A DNA stretch of 64,000 nucleotides from Balanoglossus misakiensis (lineage: Eukaryota > Animalia > Hemichordata): positions 12,685,166 through 12,749,165 of the forward strand of contig CM082584.2 of assembly GCA_040954595.2 (NCBI GenBank). The letters run 5' to 3'. The translations under genes and the position numbers were made by a program. Position 1 is the first letter of the stretch. Each line of letters starts with the position of its first letter. Under the pieces are notes generated by a model. It was not told the DNA's origin. It did not search any database and saw nothing but the letters and a program-made list of their open reading frames with translations. Positions 40,163 to 58,900 of this stretch are shown in pieces.

Positions 40163-43100
40163 ATGGACTGCAAGCCGATTGTTACATGTAAGTACCACGA
40201 TCGTGCTGATAATGAAAGTATTTTCTCGACTATAAGTACATGAACCTTGGCTCCTGTACATCACTATGGATCATTGGATGTTTACGTAGTGCAACGTACA
40301 TGTACTAGTATACTGTAGTACGTCCAATGATGATCATAATTAGTCTATACAGAATCGTGTGGTGTTTTCGGGTTCTGCAAACATTATATGCCACCATCTC
40401 GCCACACACATTGGTTTTTCCAACTGCAACCGGGAAAACCATCCCGTCAATCAAACCATGATGGAGCTCCTATGAAATGTACTAATGATGAATGAGGTCA
40501 GACAGTGGATTAAAGTCTGTTGATCTTGAAAACACCAGCTACATGTATGTGATGTTGGATAATGAAGTAATGGTAGTAAAACTGTTTGAATGATGTTGAT
40601 GGTTACAGGTCATGGCGATCACGAAGTCTTTTCTTCAGTCCAGGCAGAGTTGACGGAAAGACTGCCAAGAGATGCAGTTGAGTGGAGAAGGTAAAAATTG
40701 AGTGTTCATTCAATACTAATACTTTCACCCACGATTCCCTCTTTAGAACATCAGTGCAGACAATGATGTATCCTATGTGGCAAAGATTTACCCAATCATA
40801 CTGCAGAAACCAGATGGGCTGTGTTACAATATTGATGGCTTATGTTTGCAGGTCCTATGGAAGACCTCCAAAGACTGTGAATGTTGAGGCCACCTTTGTC
40901 AACTTCACTCAAGATGTCTTACCCAAAGAAAAAGATCGCACTCTACTACGACAGCCCTTCTTTCATATTTATTGGACAGAGTGCCCGGTAAGTATCATCA
41001 TCTTTCCTGAAGAAGCTGCTCTTCTGGTGAGAACTTCAGTTTCTACTTGAAGGCAGCTTTGCATATTACATGTACACTGTAAGAACAATGATACAGGTGA
41101 TTAATTACCTGGAGATGGAATTCCCAACATCCCTGTTATACAAGGAGATCAAAACTGGCTCGATATCATATTTGCAGGATGCGGATACATACAGGGCTGA
41201 AGTGAAAGATGACATTACAGTATGGTTGCAAGTGTTAAAACAGCACAACATCCCAGACTGGTTCATCGTCGTCGTGGAGACAGACAAAATCAAGAAAGGC
41301 AACAAAACGAAACTGCTGCCACGGACATCTGTCATCGATAAAATCAAGAGTGATTTTTGCAGCAAACAGAGCAGTGATAGGTTGGTATATGTGTGCGTGT
41401 GTGAAATCCTACCTGATTTGCAAAATAGTGGCAAACAGATTTGAAAAATATTGCAGTTCAGCAGATCACATTGTCTGAGAACAATCTTGATTCCATTGCA
41501 GATGTTCAGTGTTGTTTGAATCCAACTTGCCTCCGTCAGCCCAAAGGTCTGTCGATTCATGGCAGATGTTTATCGGGAAAATTCGTCCACTGATGTTGTC
41601 AGCGTTGAATCGTAATCTCAGTCGCTACGAAGAGATGATGCGATCGCAGCGGGAAAAGCGTACCGACCCAAGATGGAATTTTCATGAGTATTTCATGCTT
41701 CAGGTAAGAGTTGCACCTATCACCTACAGGGGAAAACTACATACATGTAGGGATAGGTTTCACATATCACACTGTATTGACTATGTATCTAGTACATTTA
41801 CTATTTTCTTGATTCTTTATCAGGAGGAACTTGCATTCGTCTTTGAAATGCTGAAGTTGCCCGAAGAATCCTTAGTGCAATATGATGAGCTTGATGCTCT
41901 CTTCTCTCAATTTGTCATCAACACACAGGCAGGAGGTATGTTCCAAATGGAAATGCATCTTTTGTGAAATGGGTCTATTGATCATGTTCAGATAATCACC
42001 CAGTTAAGAGTTTGCCATGGAAGAATTCTAAATGACATCATACATGTAGGTTGCCAGGGAATCAGGGTGTGAAGATAGTAGGGGTGACAGGGTCTGGTAG
42101 ACAAATGGCAGCCATTGTATCTTTTATGAAAGAAGATTATATCGTTATGTTCTCGTTGACAGAATCTCCACGATGGCTCTCGTCATTCACCAAAGAGTGC
42201 AACTGTTGGGACGGACTGAGTTTGCCAGAGTCTGTCAACAAAGACAAACAAAAAGTGGTGCAGGAAGGCAAAGCGACCCTGCTGGACTTGCGGAATTACC
42301 TGTTTTCCAGGCAGTGTGCCTTGTTGTTCGGTCTGCAAAGACCCTGGGAGGTCGCACAGAGGTCACTGCCGTTCATGCACAACACTGTCCATGAGCTGAG
42401 CATTCTGGAGGTAGGTGATGAGGGTGCTGTCCTCTGTCAGTCATCATGCACAAACTCAACATTCTTCAAGAACTGGTATCCTGTGAAATCAAAACCACTG
42501 CGTACATGATGGCATGATGTTTATAGATTTCTCTTCTCATCTAATGATATTTTGATCACCAGAAGTCACTGCATGTGATTTTTCAATTTGATTCTCCATT
42601 CAGGTTCCCTTACCAGTTGGCAGTGTTGCATGCTGGGTATTCCTCAGCTGTCTGGAAGTGCTGCAGATGTGTGAAAGGTTCGGAAAAGCTAGTCAGGTTG
42701 ACGCATACACGCATTACACAGCTAGCTTGTGGGCGTATGCTAGAGACAAGGTATGCACAGTGTGGTCATGACTTCCTGATTCTGAAACTGGGCGAAAATC
42801 TTAAATTTATTATTCCCATTTTGTGTCATGCCAAACCAGGCAACTTTGGTGCATCATCTCTGATCTCCAACCTCACTTTGTGCGTTTACAGCTCCATGAA
42901 TTAGGAACACTCTGTGGTTTAATGCCTGACATGAAGCCGACTTCAGAACAGTTGCATCTAGTTGTGGACTTGCTGTCTGGAATGGGAAAACAGGAATCCC
43001 ATTCCTTGGAAAACTCGCCAAACCAGAAACTGAGGGAAGCCCTGAGTTCCAAGGAATCTTTCCAAAAACATTTCTTGGTAAGCAGACCTTTTCCAAGTAT

Positions 43101-46100
43101 TTCCTATCTGTATATTCACCACTTCATTACCACTGTTAATGAAGTTGTTTGAATAGTAATTGATTGAGACAATATTCATATATTTTGCAGGAGTTATCAG
43201 AGCTAGCCATGGGAACATACAAACACATTGGTAGACTACGCTGTGCCAGAAGAATTGGGAAAGACTTGGCTGTGTTTTATATGTAAGTAAACACCTCAAG
43301 TTTCATGTCTATTGGAGTATACATATATGTACATGGACAGGACTGAGACGTATGTGTGTATGTATGGCCATTTCCAGTTGCCTAATTTGTAATTGCATTG
43401 CAGGAAGAATGGAGAAGCTCACAAGGCTGAATTATTCCTGAGTGATGCACTCAGAACGTACGTAGACGAAGGCTGGGATCTGCTTGTGACCGATACAAGA
43501 AAGGAATTAGCACTGTGTCAGAAAGAAGTCAAAAGTTCAGTAAAGTATCCTTGATATTCACATCCTTAGATATAAAAGTCCTCTTGCAGTTGGTCTACAA
43601 CTTATTATTACCTGTTTGTCCTTAACATGAATGTGTTTGTAGATATGTGAAAAACTGTGCTCTATTGGCAGCAGACAAGTTTCTCTCCCTGGATGACAGA
43701 AACACGTTTTGTGATGAACTTGTAGAAGTGTCCAAGGACCTGGCTGATGGACAAAAAGATGCAGGTGAGATATTTGAAGAGATCAGTAAAAAAAACACAG
43801 CACTATTTCCTTGTATCTTCACTTTCACATGAACTTCTCTGAGGGTCAACCATATGTCATGGATTCCTTACACAGGTGAAGATGTTTTAATGAAGATGGA
43901 ACCGGTCCTGTCGTTCGTTGACATCGAGATGACCCCTGAGAGTGGAAAGGTCATTCTGGCTCAGGAGGTCATCTTGCAAGTGACCGTCTGCAGTAATCTG
44001 TCAAAAGAAATCATGTGCAATAAACTCAGCATCTTTGTCGTTCACTCATCATGTGATGACGACAGCCAATCAGAAGACAAGGTATCACGTGACTCTGTCA
44101 AGTCCAGCCAATCACAGACCTCCCTGCAACACGAATTTGCAGACAGAGTTTTCCCCAGCATGCTGGACTTCAAACATGATTGTGACTACCTGCCTGACAA
44201 GACCGCTCAATGGAGTGCCCTCGTGTGCAAAAACATGAACACGTTACTTCAGAGACAGGACAGCACATCGTCTCTCCGGAGACAGGATGTCTGGCAGAAA
44301 GAGGAATTCTCACTGGCTGTAGAAAGGACCAATGTCGTTTTGCAACCTGGTGTGAACAAGATTGAATTCAAAACTGAGGTAATAACAACACGATGAATTG
44401 CATAATATCCCGTATGGGTGAAATGTTTGTAAACTGGTACCAGATGTAGTGAATTAACTTTAAAACATTTTGCAATCATTTCTATGAGGTAATGAACCCA
44501 TGTGGTTGGTACATGCTGTTGCAGGTCACTGAGCGAGGTACCTTCACAATGAATCAGCTGTGTGTTGAGATCAACCAACTACAGCTAATACATCCACGCA
44601 TACTGCCATCACTGAGGTATGACGTCACTACCCAGGAACCTGTCGTCACTATCTCTCCATCACAAGGTACAGAATCTGTTTGTTTATGCTTAGGAAAAAA
44701 TTGCAAAGTCACAGAGTGGTATCTACTGTTTGTGACAGTACATAGCTGCCTAATTATTCCATGGGATTGGACTATGTTGCAGGCATCACATGAAAAACTT
44801 TATAACATCCACATACTCCATTTCTCTTCTCTGATTCAGAGCCGCTGTATGCAGGTATACCTCAATGGGTATCGGTCCACATTGTAACAAACTGTTACAT
44901 TGTCAGACCTGATGATGTCATCGACATCAAGGCTCCAGACGGGATGAGAATCCTGGAAACGTCCGACGATCAATACAGCATCAAGCCATCGCAGCTAGGG
45001 ACTGCACTGCAGTTGCCAGGGATAGATGCAAACAGCGAGGCTGGTGTGGAACTGAAAGTCAAATTGGATTTCCCGGATTATGATGATGATGATGATAAGG
45101 GTGATTGTGAACATCAAGATGTACAGGTATCATGCCTCACTTTATGTCTTGAGTTTTGAAATCTGACTGGAAAATCACTGGAAACTCTTCAAGAAAGTCT
45201 TGGAGTTTCAAATGATATTGAGTGTATGAATCCTAATATTCTTTGTATGATCTGAAAGAAAGTTATCAAGAGTTGTAGCTTGTGTTCCTGAAACACTGTG
45301 ATTGTAAACTGGTACTCAGCATGCTGTCCAGATTGTAATGACAGAAAAAGCTGATGCTGTCATTTTTATTTACAGCTTCAGTTGCTGTGTCCATGGTCAG
45401 AGAAACTTGCCTGCCCTTTGACGTTCCAACTGCCATTTGTAGTCAAGCATCAACTTCACACTGCAAATGAAAGGTAAAGTGAAACTGTCATCTCTTCTTC
45501 TAATTGTATCACCCACCTGTTTCTCAGAAGAAATAAAACATTATTTGTCATGAATAAGAACCTAAATGTAACTGACTCAAACTATCATTTTTTGCATCCC
45601 TATTCAGGAAATTCATTCAGGTTCAAGTGGAGGGAGTGAGTGATTTGGACTTCACACTTCAAGGAGCCACAATGAGTTATAAATCATCCGACAGTGACGA
45701 ACTGATGAAACTTGTCGGCATAAACACCAATGCTGAAATGGTGAGCTTATACTTTTGATCTTAAACATGAAGCTCTGCAGACCTTAATTCTTTGTAATAA
45801 AATTGTTTTCTCGAATTGTTTTTGCAGCACATAGCCAATAACCTGACAGCAAGCTACGTCTGGATGATCAACCAAAACATGATGACTGCTGAAAAGTTGG
45901 AGTTTGTCTTCAATGTCAAGTACAGACTTGTCAGTGATGAAATTGCTGATGTGTGGGAAAATTGCGTACATTCATTCACTGTTGCTAATTTTCAGGTAAG
46001 TCTTTCCCTACTCCCGTTGCATATTATTCTTCAATTGATGTTCAAAGTTGCTCCTTTTTGTTGCTTTATCTCAAAAGACGCGTCCAGTCAAGAAGACCAT

Positions 46101-46834
46101 ACAAGGCTATGAATATGGCAAAATCGTACATTCCAGAGTTGTCACTTTGAACATACATGCATTTTTCTCGTTGCCTCAACAGACCATGTTTGTTGTGAAT
46201 GCTGAAGTGAAGTCTCATTCCTCCGAGTTGTGTAAAGCCGGGTCCTTGTGTAATCTCTGCATCCACATAACACAACTCCACCAAGACAGCGTCACCGGAG
46301 ACACTCCCACTCCCACTCAGGCAGAGGAAGAGGCCCACGCCATATTGTATGAAGTGATATCAAACAGTGCATTGTGGGCCATCTGTGGAAAGAGCTCTGG
46401 AGTCTTCAGTCTTCCCAATGTTGCCAAGACAAGCCATGATGTTTCCTTGGAAGTGATGCCACTCATAGCAGGATATTTACCAATACCTAATGTCAAGCTC
46501 TCCAGATATATATCAGAGAAGATGAAATCTTCAGGTAAAGAGAAGTCAAAAGTTGCTACATGTATAGACATTGCTTCAGTCAAAGACTATAAAGTTTTTA
46601 TACGGCAAGCTTTTTCAACAGTGTCATTACCTTTTGAATACTCTTTTTTGTTCCGTAGACAATGACCAACAGACAGAAGACACAACCGAGTCCAATACAA
46701 GTGATGGACAAAACGACATCGGACCTCACCTGGAGCCATTCAGCGCTGGACAAGTGTACGTCTCAAGTCAGACCACACAGGTTCATGTCATGCCTGATAA
46801 TAACACCAGTACTTTAGAAGTCAGTGTCCCATGA
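40163..46834 (+). CDS. TRAPPC10: Trafficking protein particle complex subunit 10 (TRAPPII subunit, Trs130 homolog)
   Basis: About 20 exons beginning 40163-40187, 40609-40690, 40852-40987, 41178-41380, 41502-41703, 41824-41935, 42163-42410, 42604-42750, 42892-43077, 43191-43282, 43403-43544, 43643-43764, and ending at TGA 46832-46834. Peptides MDCKPIVTC, EWRRSYGRPPK, PFFHIYWTEC, LPRTSVIDKIKSDFC, QEELAFVFEML, QYDELDALFSQFV, LLDLRNYLFSRQC and LEVMPLIAGYLPIP match TRAPPC10. Confidence 0.95.
43545..43642 (+). other. U12-type (minor spliceosome) GT-AG intron in TRAPPC10
   Basis: 5' splice site GTATCCTT and branch site TCCTTAAC at 43619-43626, 14 nt before the AG. Removal restores the frame (VK|YVKNCALLA). 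Confidence 0.9.
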
Positions 46835-47492
46835 TGTCTGACCGTGCTGCAGTCCTTGGCTGGTGCCGAGCTCATTATTTCACTCACCTTATTCGAACAC
46901 TTTCTGACCATTAATTTATACACTGTGATCATCAGAGACATTGTAACTGCAAATCATAATGTGTGGTTTAATGCTAGACTCTCCCCTAAATACATGTACT
47001 GGTTCAATCATGAGATTTGCAGACTAGCACTACTGTACAGCTTCTTAGACCTAAATAAGTATGGTGTCTGAAAATATGGGTTAGTTTTTCTCCAGTTCTA
47101 CATTTCAATTCCTTCAAGATAGTTACTTACATGTATGTACATAGTCTAGAACTGACATATCAATGAATTTAAAGATGTTACAGTGTACAATCCCATGTCT
47201 GGTCTGCTTGTGAGAAATCTTCTGCACAAATGTGCAATGTAACACAAACCCCTGAAGCATGGAGCAGTCGTAACACCTAATCTTGCGATTCTTGTGCATA
47301 ATATGAAACCTCATTGATGTTTTCAAGTTTTCCTTCATGTACAAGTAGTAGTATGAATTTTCTTCATCGACAAAAAAAATGTATCTCAATAAACATAAAC
47401 CACCTGCCACTTGTGTGTCTTGTATGGTATGCCATCATCCAGACCAATATGAATATTGTTCACATATTCATAATTCTGACTCATTCCAATAT

Positions 47493-50740
<3,248 letters not shown>

Positions 50741-51648
50741 TCTCAGGGAAATTTTCACGTTGAAGAAATAGGGATTGATGTCGAGTAGCGCGTGACAGCA
50801 TGCAGCAGTAAATGGCGGACTAGACTGATAACCAGGTGCAAAATACAACCTCTGTACATCGACCTTTTGAGCAGATTAACCTTCTGACGCACCTGTACAT
50901 AAATGTCACGGCGTATAAGATTAAGAGGACGCCCTCAAATTGAAGCCCATCTATGGCACATTGTGTATTAAAGTAGTTTGAAGTTAATTTAATTACATTT
51001 ACCTTCCATGATGTTGTCTCAAATCTCGTGGAGTGACCCTGTCCCACATATACTAATATTCTAATTCGAACATGTTGCCATTGACGACACATACAAAATT
51101 AACATGCGCCCATCTACATGTATATTCGTCTACGTTCATTTACTTTTTGCCGAGTCAATTACGTGGTATGTTTTTGATATATTACCAGTAGTGGAGGGCA
51201 GGTAGCCACATATACATAAGAAATATTGTAATTTCGCTTGTTTTCTAACATTTTGCCATGCAAGACTCGGGGAAAAAAGTAAATGAGCGCATACGAAAAT
51301 AGATGAGCGCGTCTCTCCTTGTCAAAATAGCAGATGTCATGCACATTACGTAAGGACTTTAATTTGTCTAGACGTGTTGCGATTTTCATCAAACGCAGTA
51401 ATGTAGATCAAATAAAACGACAATATAAGCCCAGAGCTGCGAATACGTAGTTCTTATCCGTACTGATGTGCTGTGGTGTGAATAACTTCTATAGCTTTCT
51501 GGTTATAGAGGTCACGCAAATAAATTACTGTATTATACAGGTTAACTCGAGTATAAAGTTCATTGTTAGGGCTTCCAGGTGAATGCACAGCTGGCTGCCG
51601 CTTCAGGAACATCACCAGTCTCTCCAGTCTTAAAACTGATTACTTAAA
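50741..51648. promoter_or_regulatory. Shared divergent promoter region of the CYP4 pair
   Basis: 908 bp between divergent ATGs; TATAAA at 51552-51557 upstream of copy B. Confidence 0.5.
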
Positions 51649-55040
<3,392 letters not shown>

Positions 55041-55984
55041 GGTGTCAGTTTAACTTCGGACTAATATTCTGGTGGATTTTTTAATGTGTTCGAATTTCCC
55101 ATATTTCCTGTTTCTTTGAGATAAAAATTAGAGTTTTAATAGAACAATCCAACCACAGGACTCTGACACTTTACCGTAATAAATGAATGAAAATAACCCT
55201 ACGGTCACCTCTAATTTACATGTGTCTATATATGGTTTAAAGGGCGTGGTCAAAAGGGCGTTTCTAAGTGTTCAAATAACCACGTGGTGTCATACTTTTT
55301 CCCCGTGTGTCAATCACAGAAAATCTGGGATGTATGGCAACCACAAGATCCCACCTATACCAGACCATCAATTTTTACAGAGTGTGAGTTCCCCTTTAAA
55401 TATGTAAATGAGAAGTGAAAATAAATTTGGATGGTATTTCGTGTTATAAAATATTGGCAAAGTTTCAGCTATTGGGACTTTATTATTAATGATATTATAT
55501 TATTCTGCGTGAGTTTACTATTTTTATCCTAGAAAATAATTTACCATCGCGCATCTGCCTAATTTGAATACGATACGCCTCAAAGCTCGTCACTACATTA
55601 TTAATGGTTATCAACTAATTAGCTATACACTTGTGGTGTTGTTGACAAAACCACTTTTCCATCGATCTTGTGATCACTTTACTTTTCACGGGTCGCTTCT
55701 TGGTTACAATGACGACAAGCTATAAGGATGCCAGTCCAATAAAAAACGACAATGCTTGAGGCTGCCTGGACAATTGGTTTGTCGCTGATAGTCTAAACGG
55801 TAGCAATACATGTATAGTTCAATTAATTATTCAAATCTTAATAATCGAGATATGATAATTGCCCCCAGTAATTAGGGTTGGTGGGTGTGACATTTCTCGA
55901 TATACCCGCATCTACTGTCAAGAATTCCATTATACGTACCGTTTCTCCCATCTTGAGGACAGCCGTCCGGATATTTGCGGTACG

Positions 55985-58900
55985 ATGTCGCTGAAACGTC
56001 AAATTCTGTGGTTAACTTTTCTGGTTATAGGACATACTGGCTTCAGTGGTGAGTATTTTTCTGGTTATGCCATTTTTTCTTCTCTTTTTTTTTTGTTAAA
56101 TGCAAAGTCGATCTCTGTACATCGAAGAAAACTTAATTCACGATAAGATGAACGATTCTCTTGTAAATGTACGTTGCGTCAAAATGATTCTCCAAGATAC
56201 CCGTGTTATTTCATTTCGTTTTGTTTTCATGAAGGGGTGAAAGCCACCAACCAGTATGCACCAGGCCGGGATATGACCGAAGCGAGAATAACCATCAAGC
56301 CACTAGGATGTAGCGTCCTTGACGCGATGGCTGGAGACATTGGATTAATTGGCTATGAACAAAACAAGCTACTTACCACAATCGCAGAGGATGACAAGAT
56401 GAAGAGAAAGCCACAGTGCAGAAAGTACCAAAGGGAGGGTAAGTTCGTTCATAACGTCACAAAGAACCCCTTCCTTAGAGTACCGATCCCCTTCTCCTTG
56501 TAAAACGCTTTTCATATCAGCGAAGTATGCGTTATTATCTGAAAGGTATAAATGTATTGTTTCCCATTATGGACGAAGATGCTACTATTACGTATTTCAG
56601 TTTATCAAAATTTAACCTTAATGAAAACGGACGTGTAAAGTTCCTGAAGTTTGGTTGACAGAGGTACGTTCGTCGATGAGCGAAACATGTAACATTTCAA
56701 GATTGTACGCAAATTGAAAGAAAGAAAGAAAGAAGGTTCTCGTTTTTCATCATGCACACTATAATTGGCTGCAGGCACTCGAGTGTGTCATATTCAACAA
56801 GGGCAATCTATCACCACACTCCTTAATACTCAGACTGTATGAGAAATACCACAGCAGCTGAAAACAAACTAATTAATCTATAGCAATGGCATACAATGGT
56901 AACCCTAGCAACAACCAAAACACACGAGCAGCCAATTAACTAAATGGTCTTTGCTGCGCAATGAGCACAATGTATATTTGAGCTGCTGCTAATAATAATT
57001 AGCTTGTCTGACAGACAAGCTGTATATAAAAAAAATGATGCGAATATGCCTGAATACTTTCGGACTTGCGAAGTTGCGCGAAGAAAAAACACCATATAGA
57101 AAGGTTAGGAACCTAACTCCCGCAGTTTCTTTGTTACTTCCATAGGTAGTTATAGAAACAAACTCCCGAGTGAGTAATTACTCACGATATACAGACAATT
57201 GTTGACATATTATTTAACCTTTCCAATACAGATACATGTATGAAAATCATTATAAATACTGTCAAAATAATGCATCCTTATATTTCTGTCACTGGCAATT
57301 TAGTTGATGCGTTGACAGCCGGGAGGTAATGTCGTGGCAGTGTGTGGTTATCAGTCCCGTTTCTTTCTCCTCCCCTCCTCCTTCCCCATAGCAACGGTTT
57401 CTGCATTTTCTTTTCTTGAATTATTCAAATTTATGCACTGTTTCTAACTCACAACACTAGCTGGGAAGGATTGTAGTATATTTGTCATCTAACATCGTCA
57501 TGTTATAATTATCAAATTGTCACACGCAAAAGTTATTATTTTTGTTTCACCTACAGGTGAAGAACTTGAACTTTCCTTGAGGTGAGCAGTTCCCTTTTAA
57601 ATATCGTGTTGTCGTGGAAGGTTTAAAGATTTGATTTATTGTGCTTCGTTACCCTTCGACTTCGTTACACGACTGTCGTACCAAATACTGCGAAAGTTAT
57701 GCGAATCTCAATTAAAATATCACCTCTACATTTTCACAGCTGCCTAGAAGGATGCGACTCGATTGTTAATCCTTCAGAAACACTTCGACTCTCGGTTGAG
57801 TGTCCGGTCTGTCGTTGGTCTGACAGAGTCGAATACAGTTGGAAACTGAAAGTGGCCGATGGTTACTCTGATCGTGACGTGGACGGGTATGGAAAAACAG
57901 ACCATGCTGGTAAGGATATTACAATGGATAGATGGATTAGCGACCGAGCTTTGAGCCAATAATGTATTCACGAGATATATTCGGAAACATCACTCGACAC
58001 CGAGTTCTGATTCAAGCATCTTCCAATTCTCCTTCATTCTCGTTCCACCACAGGCTGGCCGTTCTCTGATTACAACATAACTGTCGGTGGCTTGGAACCA
58101 GGACTGCACTACACCATAGAAGTTACTGGATGGAGTCCTCACAAGTCAGCAAAGTCCACTCTGAGTAGAACATTCACAGTTAATACACCAACAAAAAATT
58201 TCCACTGTGATGTCGAACTTCAGAAAGGTATCTTGAATTCTTTTAATATTGGTTTCCCTTTTTTCAAATACGTGAGTGTAAGAAGGCTTGCTGCTTCTGG
58301 AGATTGGTTGGCATCAATACAAGTCACAGCTCTATCTCCTTTACTTCTTTTCTAGTTCAAGTCGACAAAGACTTCAACTCACTGGGACTCGTCGACTTGA
58401 AATCCATGGCGCGTGCTCTACAGAGGATGACGTCGTCATTGACCACGCCCTTGCATGAGGCAGTCGACCCAAACATGGATGATACTCGTGACGTCATTGA
58501 AGGTATTCATAGAAAACACACCTTATCAATAACGCTACAGCAGAACAATCAATTTTCTGAGCAGGGGCGTCTTCATAAAGGCGGTAATGTTCACCCCTTC
58601 TATAATTTCATGACCACATTAGTACAACACTAAAGTTACGTCATCTTTTCAGACCTCTTCACATCATTGGTCAATGTGATTGACGTCATCATAGGTCAAC
58701 CACAGAAAGATGCAGAAGTAAGTATAGGCATTTGAAGCGCAATAAATTGTAAATTCTGATACAAGATTACAGTATCTGTAACCTTCCAACCAAACACTCA
58801 TCAAACTCATCTGTTTGTATTTCAGAACAAGCAAACCGTGTCTGTCCTACTGGAAACACTTGATTCCCTGCTGGACGCTGCTTTATCGATAACACCATCT

